A DNA stretch of 64,000 bases from the NCBI GenBank assembly GCA_963779415.1, contig CAVZYA010000001.1, positions 1,248,001 to 1,312,000 on the forward strand, in the 5' to 3' direction. This document shows positions 54,645 through 63,604 of the stretch, one piece after another; position 1 is the first letter of the stretch, and each line of letters opens with the position of its first letter. This DNA is from an uncultured Acidobacteriota bacterium (GTDB lineage Bacteria; Acidobacteriota; Thermoanaerobaculia; UBA5066). The notes below the pieces were generated by a model. That model made no database searches, had not been told where the DNA came from, and worked only from the letters and a program-made list of their open reading frames with translations. The translations under genes were made by a program, and so were the position numbers.

Positions 54645-56866
54645 CGGGATCCCCCCATGAGTCGTTCGAAGGCGTTCTCCCAGATCGCGCGAAGCTCCGC
54701 CGCCGGGCGGTCGATGACGACGGCGCCGTTCACCGCGAGGCGCAGCGCGCCCGACGTCACGCGGCCGAGCAGCGAAGTCGGAACCCGGAGGCGGCGCGCC
54801 GCGGAGAGGACGGTCATCTCGCGCCCCGGCTCGAACGAGACGAGCGCGCGCGGGAAGGACTGGGAGAAGAGGGCCCGCGTCGCGGAGAGCGGCGTGAGAA
54901 GAGCGAGGTCGGCGCCGCGCGTCGCCTGGCCGAAGCAGGCCTCGGCCGCAGCCACCGCGAGCCCCCCCTCCCCGAGGTCGTGCGCGGAGGCGAGGATGGC
55001 GTCCTCGGCCAGCTCGGAGAGGAGCGTGACGAGGGCTTTCACCGCCGCGAGGTCGAGCGTCGGGCAGGGGCCCTCGTCCCGGCCGAGAACGGTCGCGAGG
55101 TACTCGCTCGCCCCCAGCTCGTCGCGCGTCTCGCCGAGGAGCGCCACGACGTCCCCTTCCCGGACGAAGCACGACGGGATCGCCCGTGCCACGTCCGGGA
55201 CGAGGCCGACCATCCCGACCGTCGGCGTCGGGAGGATGGAGCGTCCGTCTGTCTCGTTGTAGAGCGAGACGTTCCCCGAGACGACGGGCGTCTCCAGCGC
55301 GCGGCACGCCCCGGCGATTCCGCGGATCCCGGCGGCGAACTGTCCGAGAATCTCCGGCCGCTCGGGGTTGCCGTAGTTCAGGCAATCGGTCACCGCGAGC
55401 GGCCGCGCTCCCGCGCACGCCACGTTCAGGGCCGACTCCGCGACGGCGAACGCCGCCCCGCGCTTCGGGTCGGCCGTGCAGTAGCGAGGGTTCACGTCCG
55501 CCGCGATGGCGAGCCCCTTCGTCGTTCCGGGGACCCGGATCACCGCCGCGTCGCCTCCGGGTCCCTTCACCGTGTTCGTCCGGACGGTGTGGTCGTACTG
55601 CGTCCAGATCCAGCGCTTGCTCGAGAGGTTCGGGGAGGAGAGGAGACGGACCAGCGCCTCCCCGTCATCCGGCCCCCCCGGGATCGGGACGGAGACCGGT
55701 TCCTCGGGCGATCCGGCCGGCATCGAGACCGGGCGGCGGTAGACGGGGGCGTCGTGGACGAGGGGGGCGATCTCGAGGTCGGTCACGAGCTTCCCCTCGA
55801 AGAGGAGCTGCATCCGTGGCTCGCGGATCACCTCCCCCATCACGACCGCGTCGACGCCCCAGCGTCGGAAGACGCGCGCCACCTCTTCCTCGCGCCCCTT
55901 CCGCGCCACGATCACCATCCGCTCCTGCGATTCGGAGAGCATCAGCTCGTACGGCGTCATCCCCGTCTCGCGCCTCGGAACCTTCGAGAGGTCGAGCCGC
56001 ATCCCGACGCCGCCGCGCGAGCACATCTCGAACGTGGACGACGTCAGCCCGGCGGCCCCCATGTCCTGGATCGCGACGACGGCGTCTCCCTCCAGCACCT
56101 CGAGGACCGCCTCGAGGAGGAGCTTCTCCACGAACGGGTCCCCCACCTGCACCGTCGGGCGCCGCTGGGACTTCTGGTCGTCGAAGACGTCGGACGCCAT
56201 CGAGGCGCCGTGGATACCGTCCCGCCCCGTCTTCGAGCCGACGTAGAGAACCGGGTTCCCCGGCCCCGACGCCTTCGCGCGGAAGATCCGGTCGTGCCGG
56301 ACGACGCCGACCGCCATCGCGTTGACGAGGATGTTCTTGTTGTACGCGGGGTGGAAGAACGTCATCCCCCCGACCGTCGGGACGCCGATGCAGTTCCCGT
56401 AGCCGCCGATCCCGCGGACGACCCCGTCGACGAGGTCGTGCATCCGCGGGGCCGCGGGGTCGCCGAAGAAGAGCGGGTCGAGGATGGCGATGGGGCGTGC
56501 CCCCATCGTGAAGACGTCCCGGAGGATCCCCCCCACTCCCGTCGCCGCCCCCTGGTACGGCTCGATGAACGAAGGGTGGTTGTGCGACTCCATCTTGAAG
56601 ACGACCGCCCACCCGTCCCCGATGTCCACGGCGCCCGCGTTCTCCCCCGGCCCCTGCAGGACCCGCGGCCCCGTCGTCGGGAACTCCTTCAGGTAGACCC
56701 GCGACGACTTGTAGGAGCAGTGCTCGCTCCAGAGGGCCGAGTAGATCCCCAGCTCGGTGATGTTCGGGACCCGCCCGAGGATCGCCTTGATCCGCTCGAA
56801 CTCGTCGGCCGAGATCCCGTGCTCGGCCGCCAGGGCGGGCGTCACCGCCGCCGCAACGTTCGTCAT
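54641..56866 (-). CDS. purL: FGAM synthase subunit PurL
   Basis: [31 protein letters not shown] and SGNVSLYN. Confidence 0.97.
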   Translation of the reverse strand: MTNVAAAVTPALAAEHGISADEFERIKAILGRVPNITELGIYSALWSEHCSYKSSRVYLKEFPTTGPRVLQGPGENAGAVDIGDGWAVVFKMESHNHPSFIEPYQGAATGVGGILRDVFTMGARPIAILDPLFFGDPAAPRMHDLVDGVVRGIGGYGNCIGVPTVGGMTFFHPAYNKNILVNAMAVGVVRHDRIFRAKASGPGNPVLYVGSKTGRDGIHGASMASDVFDDQKSQRRPTVQVGDPFVEKLLLEAVLEVLEGDAVVAIQDMGAAGLTSSTFEMCSRGGVGMRLDLSKVPRRETGMTPYELMLSESQERMVIVARKGREEEVARVFRRWGVDAVVMGEVIREPRMQLLFEGKLVTDLEIAPLVHDAPVYRRPVSMPAGSPEEPVSVPIPGGPDDGEALVRLLSSPNLSSKRWIWTQYDHTVRTNTVKGPGGDAAVIRVPGTTKGLAIAADVNPRYCTADPKRGAAFAVAESALNVACAGARPLAVTDCLNYGNPERPEILGQFAAGIRGIAGACRALETPVVSGNVSLYNETDGRSILPTPTVGMVGLVPDVARAIPSCFVREGDVVALLGETRDELGASEYLATVLGRDEGPCPTLDLAAVKALVTLLSELAEDAILASAHDLGEGGLAVAAAEACFGQATRGADLALLTPLSATRALFSQSFPRALVSFEPGREMTVLSAARRLRVPTSLLGRVTSGALRLAVNGAVVIDRPAAELRAIWENAFERLMGGSR

Positions 56867-56909
56867 CAGGGTCGTAGTTTAGAGGAAGGGGCAGCCGGTG
56901 AATCCGGCG

Positions 56910-57179
56910 TCACGCGACTTCGTGGCGCACGTGCAGCCTTCCCGCCTCGCGAAGCTGGAGAAGGATGGAGGAGGGGCTCAGCTCGAAGCCGTTCGGCCAG
57001 CAGAGGGCGCCAAGCTCGAGAAAACACCGACGGAAGAGCTCCGGATCTCGCAGGGGGCGGACCATGACCGTGTCGCGGGCCACCAGCGGCCCGACGTCGT
57101 AGTCACCCGTGGAGCCGTCCGAGAACTCCAGCCGGACGACAAACCCTTCGAGCGGCACGGCGCGGACGATCCTAATCAT
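56910..57179 (-). CDS. DUF2442 family protein (putative antitoxin)
   Basis: IVRAVPLEGF.VRLEFSDG...PLRDPELF...LCWPNG.ELSP. Confidence 0.82.
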   Translation of the reverse strand: MIRIVRAVPLEGFVVRLEFSDGSTGDYDVGPLVARDTVMVRPLRDPELFRRCFLELGALCWPNGFELSPSSILLQLREAGRLHVRHEVA

Positions 57180-57330
57180 TGTCGGCTCCCGGGATTCGCT
57201 CCAACGGCTGCAAAGCCCGTCCCTTCTCCCAGTTTCTCATGAGCGCGGCCCTGTTTTCGAGACACCACTCGCGAGCCAGCCGGGCCGCGCGCTCCGGAAA
57301 CCGGCCATCGATGATCTCTCTTCCGTAAAC
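57172..57330 (-). pseudogene. DUF4160 family (putative toxin) C-terminal remnant
   Basis: EIIDGRFPERAARLAREW...ALMRNWE overlaps the DUF2442 start. The N-terminal H.PPH.H motif is missing. Confidence 0.7.
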
Positions 57331-57388
57331 CGCTTCCCCTTCATCGAGCTCTCCTTCCCTAAGTCTATGGAGAACGCCAAACCGGATC

Positions 57389-57485
57389 CGGCTACTTCTC
57401 GGGGAGCAGGTCATTGAAACATCAAGGGAAACTTCAAAAACATCGGCAGTTTGGTCGCGCCCGCACGGCGCGCGTGGATTGAAAC
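57389..57485 (+). CRISPR. Orphan type I-C-like mini-array: diverged repeat, 33-nt spacer, intact repeat
   Basis: 57454-57485 GTCGCGCCCGCACGGCGCGCGTGGATTGAAAC; 57389-57420 CGGCTACTTCTCGGGGAGCAGGTCATTGAAAC; spacer 57421-57453. No cas genes in the window. Confidence 0.72.
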
Positions 57486-57486
57486 T

Positions 57487-57551
57487 GTAGGGGACGGCCG
57501 TTTCAGCGCGGATGGCGCAGGCGGCCACGCTGGAGGGCAGCTCGTCCCCTA
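57487..57551. repeat. GTAG-type REP-like imperfect long hairpin
   Basis: GTAGGGGACG-gccgtTTCAGCGcGG...CCaCGCTGGAg-ggcagct-CGTCCCCTA. Confidence 0.6.
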
Positions 57552-57624
57552 GGGATGCTCTTTTCGGAGGAGGAAAAGCGCCTCCTGGACGCTATGCTTC
57601 TGGCGGTACCGAGATAGGAGTGCG

Positions 57625-57900
57625 ATGGCCAGCAGGCTGAAGGACTAGGTCATCACGTCTCACGCTACTCTCCAGATGCGGCGTCGCGGCATCAGCGAGG
57701 GGATCGTCAGGAGAATCCTGAGCGCGCCGGAGCACCGTGAGTCCGTGGGGCCGGGTCGCGATGTCGTTCAGGCCAGAGCAGTGTTCGAGGGTAAGACCTA
57801 TCTCGTTCGAGTTTTCGTGGATGTGGATCGCCATCCCCCCGAGGTCGTGACGGTCTATCGGACCGGCAGGATCGAGAAGTACCGGAGGAACAAGCCGTGA
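57625..57900 (+). pseudogene. DUF4258 family (putative RelE/BrnT-like toxin) with an in-frame TAG at codon 8
   Basis: AGGAG SD then ATG at 57625: MASRLKD*VITSHATLQMRRRGI...VVTVYRT. TAG at 57646-57648. Confidence 0.72.
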
Positions 57901-58097
57901 AAGTCACCTACGATTCAAAGACGGACACCCTGACGGTCGTCCTGAAGGAGCGTGCCAGGGTGGCGGAGAGCGACGAGGACAAACCCGGGGTCATCCTGGA
58001 CTATGACGATCGCGGAAATCTCGTGTCGCTGGAAGTGCTCGACGCATCAAAACGCGTTACGGAAGCAAGGAAAATCGAGTTCCAGACGACGGCATGA
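57897..58097 (+). CDS. DUF2283 family protein (putative antitoxin)
   Basis: MKVTYD..TDTL...GVILDYD..GNLVSLEVLDAS. Confidence 0.88.
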   Translation: MKVTYDSKTDTLTVVLKERARVAESDEDKPGVILDYDDRGNLVSLEVLDASKRVTEARKIEFQTTA

Positions 58098-58258
58098 AAC
58101 ACTTCTCGAAGAAGGTTCGAAGATCGAAGAGCCGAGCCCTGAAGCCGCCAGCTCCACCGCCGAAAGGTCGGACGCCCGGAAGCGCCCGCGGAAGGCTGAT
58201 CGTCCGGCCCAACTTCGACGATCCACTACCGAAGTCCATCCGCAAGAATTTCGAATAG
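58094..58258 (+). CDS. 54-aa small ORF resembling the DUF2281/Phd-VapB antitoxin C-terminus
   Basis: ATGA overlap with DUF2283. MKHFSKKVRRSKSRALKPPAPPPKGRTPGSARGRLIVRPNFDDPLPKSIRKNFE. Below the ORF-track cutoff. Confidence 0.6.
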   Translation: MKHFSKKVRRSKSRALKPPAPPPKGRTPGSARGRLIVRPNFDDPLPKSIRKNFE

Positions 58259-58294
58259 CCCTCGTCCCTGAAGTTCGGCCCTGCGAGTCGCGCG

Positions 58295-59059
58295 CTACGA
58301 CATCGAGCGAGTTTGGTAGCCGGCCAAGGCCCGAAGCTCGAATCCCGCTTCCGTGAGGGCCCTCCGGACCGCCTTCGCGTTGGCCGCGGCGCCGGGAGTG
58401 TCGCCGTGGAGGCAGATGGTCTCGACGCGGACGGGGATCCGCGTGCCGTCCAGGGCGACGGCGATGCCGTCCTTCGCGAGGGAGAGTGCTTTTGCCGCCG
58501 CCTGTTCCGGCGTCTCGACGAGGGCCCCTTTCATCCCGCGCGCGACGAGGGTGCCGTCCGCGTTGTAGCCGCGGTCGGCGAAGCCTTCCGCTGCGGCGCG
58601 CATCCCGAGCGCGTTCGCAGTCAGGAGGAGAACCGATCCCGGAGAGGAGACGAGAATCAGCGCGGGAGAGACGCGGCGCGCGGCTTGGGCGAGCGCACGG
58701 GCGGTGGCGGCATCGTGCGCCGCCGCATGGTAGAGGCCGCCGTGAGGCTTCACTCCGGCGACGGTAACGCCTTCCTCCCCGGCGACCCGGACGAGCGCCT
58801 CGACCTGCTCCCGGACGAGCCGCTCGATTTCCCTGGCGGGAAGCGCCATCCGTTTCCGGCCGAAGCCCTCCCGGTCGGGATACGACGGGTGGGCGAAGAC
58901 CGCCACGCCGTGAGCCTTCGCGAGGCGGACCGTGGCGCGCATCGTCTTCTCGTCACCCGCGTGGGCCCCGCAGGCGACGTTCACCGTCGTCACGTGCGGC
59001 ATCAGGGCCGCGTCGTCGCACCCCTCGCCGCCGTCGAAGTTCAGATCGATCGCCTTCAT
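58295..59059 (-). CDS. pxpA: 5-oxoprolinase subunit A (LamB/YcsF)
   Basis: IDLN.D.GEG, NVACGAHAGD, HPSYPDREGFGR, KPHG.LY, FADRGY and CLHGDTP. Confidence 0.93.
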   Translation of the reverse strand: MKAIDLNFDGGEGCDDAALMPHVTTVNVACGAHAGDEKTMRATVRLAKAHGVAVFAHPSYPDREGFGRKRMALPAREIERLVREQVEALVRVAGEEGVTVAGVKPHGGLYHAAAHDAATARALAQAARRVSPALILVSSPGSVLLLTANALGMRAAAEGFADRGYNADGTLVARGMKGALVETPEQAAAKALSLAKDGIAVALDGTRIPVRVETICLHGDTPGAAANAKAVRRALTEAGFELRALAGYQTRSMS

Positions 59060-59997
59060 CCGCGCCGGACCTCCTCCCCGAAGCTCCGGATTCTCTCTTC
59101 CTTCTCCGCGAGAAGGCGGCGGGCCTCGCCCGGCGTCGTCACCACGAAGCGGAGGGAAGCGCCCGGTTGCGCCCGGACGAGGAGGGCGAGATCCGCGGCG
59201 AGAACGGTGGCGATCTTCGGATAGCCCCCTGTCGTCGGCCGCTCCGAAAGAAGGACGATCGGCTGGCCGTCCGCCGTGATCTGGATCGCGCCGAGCGCCG
59301 TCCCCTCCGACGGCAGCTCCTCGATCTCCCGGAGGTCGCCTCGGACGGAAGGTCCTTCGAGTCGAAAGCCGATCCGGTTCGACTCCGGGCGGATCCGGTA
59401 CGCCGAGCCGTAGAACGTCCGGACCGCCCCGTCTCCGAAAAGATCCGCCTGAGGCCCGGGAAGGACGCGCACCACCGGATCGGCCGGGGCCGGGACTTCG
59501 GGGACGGCGAGGTCGAGGCGCGGCGGACGCTTCGGCGCCCCGACGGGAAGGAGATCTCCCTTCCGGAGGGGCCAGCCATGGAGTCCGCCGAAGCGCGCCA
59601 CGACGCAGGTCGAGCGGCTTTTGAGGATCTCCGGAACGGCGATTCCTCCCGCGACCGCGACGACCGCTCGCGCCGGGCCGATCCCCGGACTCTCCGCGCG
59701 CAGGACGATCCTCTCGCCGTCGCGAAGGACGGTCGCTCGCCCCGGCGCCGGCCCGAACGCTCCCCCGGCGACGGCGAGCGTGACGTCGCCTCGCGCCTCG
59801 AGAACCGGCCCCACGAGCGTGATCTCCAACCCTGCCGCCCCCTCGTCGTTTCCCGCGAGGAGATTCGCGAGGCGGAGCGACTCGGCGTCGAGCGCCCCGG
59901 CCGCCGGTATCCCGAGCGCCCCCCAGCCGGGGCGGCCGAAATCCTGAACGGTCGTCAGGAGCCCCGCCTCGCAGACGACGAGCGCCCGCTCCGTCAC
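59056..59997 (-). CDS. pxpC: 5-oxoprolinase subunit C
   Basis: GLLTTVQDFGRPG, SNRIGFRL, GAIQ and TTGGYPKIA. Confidence 0.9.
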   Translation of the reverse strand: MTERALVVCEAGLLTTVQDFGRPGWGALGIPAAGALDAESLRLANLLAGNDEGAAGLEITLVGPVLEARGDVTLAVAGGAFGPAPGRATVLRDGERIVLRAESPGIGPARAVVAVAGGIAVPEILKSRSTCVVARFGGLHGWPLRKGDLLPVGAPKRPPRLDLAVPEVPAPADPVVRVLPGPQADLFGDGAVRTFYGSAYRIRPESNRIGFRLEGPSVRGDLREIEELPSEGTALGAIQITADGQPIVLLSERPTTGGYPKIATVLAADLALLVRAQPGASLRFVVTTPGEARRLLAEKEERIRSFGEEVRRG

Positions 59998-60602
59998 AGA
60001 AGAAACCTCACGCTCTCGCCCGGCGCAAAGAACGTCGGCGGACGCCGGCCGGGATCGAAGAGCGTCACATCGGCCGTCCCCAGGAGATTCCATCCCCCGG
60101 GCATCGCGGCCGGATAGATGCCGACGTACGGTCCCGCCATCGCGAGGCTCCGCGCCGGGACGGAGAGACGCGGCGTCTTCCGCCGCGGTCGCCGGAGCGG
60201 ACGCGGCAGGCCGTAGAGGTAGGCGAAGCCGGGAGAAAAACCGAGGAAGCCGACGGTGTACGTCGGCGCGAGAAACCGCTCCCAGAACGCTTCCGGCGAA
60301 ATGCCGAGCGCCGAGGAGACCGGGACGACGTCCTCTCCGTCCGGAACGATCCGGATCTCGTGGAGGCGCGGCGGCGCCTCCGGGGCCGGCAGCCGCACCG
60401 CCTCGAGGCCCATGAGGACCCCCGCGTCGAAGGCCGGGCCCCCCGCGACGAAGAGGGTCCGGGCGGCCGGAATCACGTCGACGAGCCCCTCGGGAGAAAG
60501 CCCCTCGAGGAGGTCCGCCGCTGCGCGGGCGCGCTGGTTCGCTCGGCGCTCCTCCTCGTCGTCGAACGTCAGGATCCACGAGTACTCGCCGACCGCCTTC
60601 AC
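59994..60602 (-). CDS. pxpB: 5-oxoprolinase subunit B
   Basis: GFSPGFAYL, PR..VPA.S and GIYP..MPGGWNLLG. Confidence 0.9.
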   Translation of the reverse strand: MKAVGEYSWILTFDDEEERRANQRARAAADLLEGLSPEGLVDVIPAARTLFVAGGPAFDAGVLMGLEAVRLPAPEAPPRLHEIRIVPDGEDVVPVSSALGISPEAFWERFLAPTYTVGFLGFSPGFAYLYGLPRPLRRPRRKTPRLSVPARSLAMAGPYVGIYPAAMPGGWNLLGTADVTLFDPGRRPPTFFAPGESVRFLL

Positions 60603-61942
60603 GCGGCTCTCCTCTTCCACGCGTGGTGGACGACGGCTCCGAGGAGGACGAGAAGGAACCCGGGCCACGTCGTCCGCGGGCTACCGGCCGCGAGAAGGAC
60701 GACGATCGCCGATGCGAGGGCGACAAAGCTCCCTCCGAGAAGCGGCCATGCCGGCGTCCGGAACGGACGGGGGGCGTCTGGCTTCTTCTTCCGGAGGACC
60801 GGGACAGCGAGGACGACGAGGATCAGGATGAGGAACTCCACGGCCACGACGTACCGGAGGAGCTCCGAGTACGTCCCCGAGGCGATCAGAAGGGAGGTCC
60901 AGACGGCCTGGAGAACGAGCGCGACTCCCGGCACGCCCGCGCCGTTCAAGCGCGCGGCCGGCGCGACGAAGAGGCCATCCGCCGCGAGCGCGTACATCAC
61001 CCGCGCCCCGGAGAGGATCAGTCCGTTCGCGCAGCCGAACGTCGAGACGAGGATGGCCGCGGCCATCCACGCGCCGCCGCGCCCGGGGAGAAGCGCCTCG
61101 GCCGAGGCCGTTCCGACGCGGTCCGAGGCGGAATACGCGATTCCGGAAATACCGAGGACCTTGAGGTACGAGACGTTCGCAAGGACGTAGAGGACCGAAA
61201 CGAGCAGGCATCCCAGGATGAGCGCGAGCGGGAGCGTCCGCCCCGGATCTCGCACTTCGCCCCCGGGGAACGTGACGTTCGTCCATGCGGACTGCGCGAA
61301 CGCCGGCCCGACGAGGGCGAGAGCGAAGGCGAGCGCGAGCGCCCCACCGGAAGGCGCCGACATCTCCGGGCTCGCGCCGGTCGGCAGCGCGACCGTCCTC
61401 GGTGTCAGGAGGAAGCCGGCGAGCGTCAGGCCGAGGAGCGCCGCGTACTTGATCACCGTCAGGACGTTCTGCGTCCGCGTTCCCGTCTTCACGCCGAGGG
61501 CGTTCGTCCAAGTGAGAACGGCCACGACGAGGACCGCCACTCCCTTGGCGGCTCCTCCCGTCACCGACGGAACGAGGGCGCCGAGGAACTTCGAGAACGC
61601 GACGGCGACGGCCGCGATCGTCCCGGTCTGGACGACGAGGAGAAGCGTCCACGCGAAGAGAAAACCGGTCCGCTCGCCGTAGGCCTCACGGAAGAAGACG
61701 TACGGCCCCCCCGCGAGCGGGAACATCGCCGCCAGCTCCGCGCACGAGAGCGCCGCGAGGAGCGTCAGGAGCCCCGCCGCGCCCCAGACCGCGAGAAGCC
61801 TCCCCGGCGTCCCGAGAAGCCGCGCCGACTCGGCCGAGACGATGAAGATCCCCGAGCCGATCATGGAGCCGACGACGAGCGCCGTGGCGTCGAACGGTCC
61901 GATGACGCGCCGCGGCACGCCGGCTCCCCTTTCGTGCGGCAC
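60599..61942 (-). CDS. APC family amino-acid permease
   Basis: VVGSMIGSGIF, AELAAMFP.AGG.Y and GEVRDPGRTLP. Translationally coupled to pxpB. Confidence 0.9.
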   Translation of the reverse strand: MPHERGAGVPRRVIGPFDATALVVGSMIGSGIFIVSAESARLLGTPGRLLAVWGAAGLLTLLAALSCAELAAMFPLAGGPYVFFREAYGERTGFLFAWTLLLVVQTGTIAAVAVAFSKFLGALVPSVTGGAAKGVAVLVVAVLTWTNALGVKTGTRTQNVLTVIKYAALLGLTLAGFLLTPRTVALPTGASPEMSAPSGGALALAFALALVGPAFAQSAWTNVTFPGGEVRDPGRTLPLALILGCLLVSVLYVLANVSYLKVLGISGIAYSASDRVGTASAEALLPGRGGAWMAAAILVSTFGCANGLILSGARVMYALAADGLFVAPAARLNGAGVPGVALVLQAVWTSLLIASGTYSELLRYVVAVEFLILILVVLAVPVLRKKKPDAPRPFRTPAWPLLGGSFVALASAIVVLLAAGSPRTTWPGFLLVLLGAVVHHAWKRRAA

Positions 61943-62032
61943 GGCCGGATTATCCCCGTCTCGTCAGAGGCGCCGTTCCGCGTCAGAATAGACGCCCCCC
62001 CGACGCACGGGGAGGGATCCCGGGAGGTTGTG

Positions 62033-62887
62033 ATGATCCTCGTGACAGGCGCGACCGGAAAGACGGGAATCGACGTCGTCCGCGGCCTTGCAATCGTCGG
62101 CGCGGGAGTCCGCGCCCTCGTACGCGACCCGGCGAAGGCGCCGGCGCTGCGGCGGCCCGGCGTCGAGGTCGTCGTGGGAGACCTCGAGAGACCCGACTCC
62201 CTCCATGCCGCTCTTCACAATGTCGAGCGGGTCTTCCTCTGCTCGGCGGTCGATCCGCGGCAGGTGGAGCTTCAGGGGAACCTCGTCAAGGCCGCAAAGG
62301 AAGCCGGGATCAGGCTCGTCGTCAAGCTCAGTGTGCTCGGCAGCTCGCTCGACAGCCCGGTTCCCTTCGCGCGCTGGCACGCCGAGACGGAAAAGCAGCT
62401 CATCGCGGCCGGCATTCCGTGGACCTTCCTCCGCCCCCATTACTTCATGCAGAACCTCCTCGGCTTCGTCCCCGTTCTCAAGGCGACCGGGACGCTCTCC
62501 CTTCCGATGAAGAGCGCGAGGTTCTCGCTCGTCGACACGCGCGACGTCGCGGCCGTCGCCGTCGAGACCCTCACCGGCGCCGGGCACGAGCGGAAGATCT
62601 ACGAGATCACGGGCCCGGAGGCTCTCGCCGGAGCGGATCTGGCCCAGAAGCTCGCGAAGGCGACGGGAAAGGCGATCCGCTACATGGACGTCTCCCCCGA
62701 CCAGGCGAAGAAGGAGATGCTCGCCGCGGGGTGGCCGGAGTGGCTCGCGGCCTCCATGACGGCCCTCTTCGGCGTCTTCGCGACCGGCCGCGCCGCCGCG
62801 ATCAGCCCGATCGTGGAGGAGCTGACCGGCTACCCGCCCCGCTCGTTCGACGACTGGGCCCGCGAGAACGCCGCCGCCTTCCGCTGA
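62033..62887 (+). CDS. NmrA-like / atypical SDR oxidoreductase
   Basis: GGAGG SD, MILVTGATGKTG, WTFLRP..FMQN, DTRDVA and ITGPEAL. Confidence 0.9.
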   Translation: MILVTGATGKTGIDVVRGLAIVGAGVRALVRDPAKAPALRRPGVEVVVGDLERPDSLHAALHNVERVFLCSAVDPRQVELQGNLVKAAKEAGIRLVVKLSVLGSSLDSPVPFARWHAETEKQLIAAGIPWTFLRPHYFMQNLLGFVPVLKATGTLSLPMKSARFSLVDTRDVAAVAVETLTGAGHERKIYEITGPEALAGADLAQKLAKATGKAIRYMDVSPDQAKKEMLAAGWPEWLAASMTALFGVFATGRAAAISPIVEELTGYPPRSFDDWARENAAAFR

Positions 62888-62893
62888 GGCGTC

Positions 62894-63604
62894 TCAGCTC
62901 CGGTGCGCGAGGAGGGCGGAGGCGAAGCTCTTGAAGATCTTCGCGCCGTCGGTGTTTCCGAGAAGCTCCTCGGAGCAGCGCTCGGGATGGGGCATGAGGC
63001 CGACGACGTTCCCCGCCACGTTGCAGATCCCCGCGACGTTCGCGAGGGAGCCGTTGGGGTTCCATTCGGGTGCTTCGTTTCCCGCCGGGTCGACGTAGCG
63101 GAAGACGATCTGCTCGCGCTCCCCCATCCGGCGGAAGGTCTCGGGGTCGGCCGTCCAGTTTCCGTCGCCGTGCGCGATCGGGACGCGCAGCACCTCGCCC
63201 CGGTTCAGGACGAGCGTGAACGGTGTCCGCTTCGTCTCCACTCGGAGAAAGACGTCCTTGCAGACGAACCTGAGCCCCGCGTTCCGGAGCATCGCGCCGG
63301 GAAGAAGCCCCGCCTCGCAGAGGATCTGGAAGCCGTTGCAGATGCCGAGGACGGCGCCCCCCTTCTCCGCGAACGCGGCCGCGGAGTCCATCGCGGGCGA
63401 GAATCGCGCCATCGCGCCGCTCCGCAGGTAGTCGCCGTAGGAGAAGCCGCCGGGGAGGATGACGAGGTCGGGGTTTCCGAGGTCCCTCTCGTCGTGCCGG
63501 ACGAGGCGCGCGTCGGCGCCGATGACGTTCCGGACGGCGATCACGGCGTCCTCGTCGCAGTTGCTCCCCGGGAAGAGGACGACCGTGACGCGGGGAGCCG
63601 TCAT
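62894..63604 (-). CDS. purQ: FGAM synthase glutaminase subunit
   Basis: FPGSNCD, GGFSYGDYLR, GICNGFQ and MPHPER. Confidence 0.97.
   Translation of the reverse strand: MTAPRVTVVLFPGSNCDEDAVIAVRNVIGADARLVRHDERDLGNPDLVILPGGFSYGDYLRSGAMARFSPAMDSAAAFAEKGGAVLGICNGFQILCEAGLLPGAMLRNAGLRFVCKDVFLRVETKRTPFTLVLNRGEVLRVPIAHGDGNWTADPETFRRMGEREQIVFRYVDPAGNEAPEWNPNGSLANVAGICNVAGNVVGLMPHPERCSEELLGNTDGAKIFKSFASALLAHRS

Noticed and set aside
57646-57648. Pyrrolysine or genetic-code reassignment of TAG
   Set aside because: TAG serves as a normal stop for several genes here (e.g. at 1291, 6047, 16251), and no pyl genes are visible.
56880-58290. Prophage, IS or integrative element
   Set aside because: No integrase, transposase, terminal repeats or target-site duplication detected.
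58270-58341. Imperfect inverted repeat around the pxpA 3' end
   Set aside because: Pairing is weak and interrupted; at most a terminator-like structure between convergent genes.
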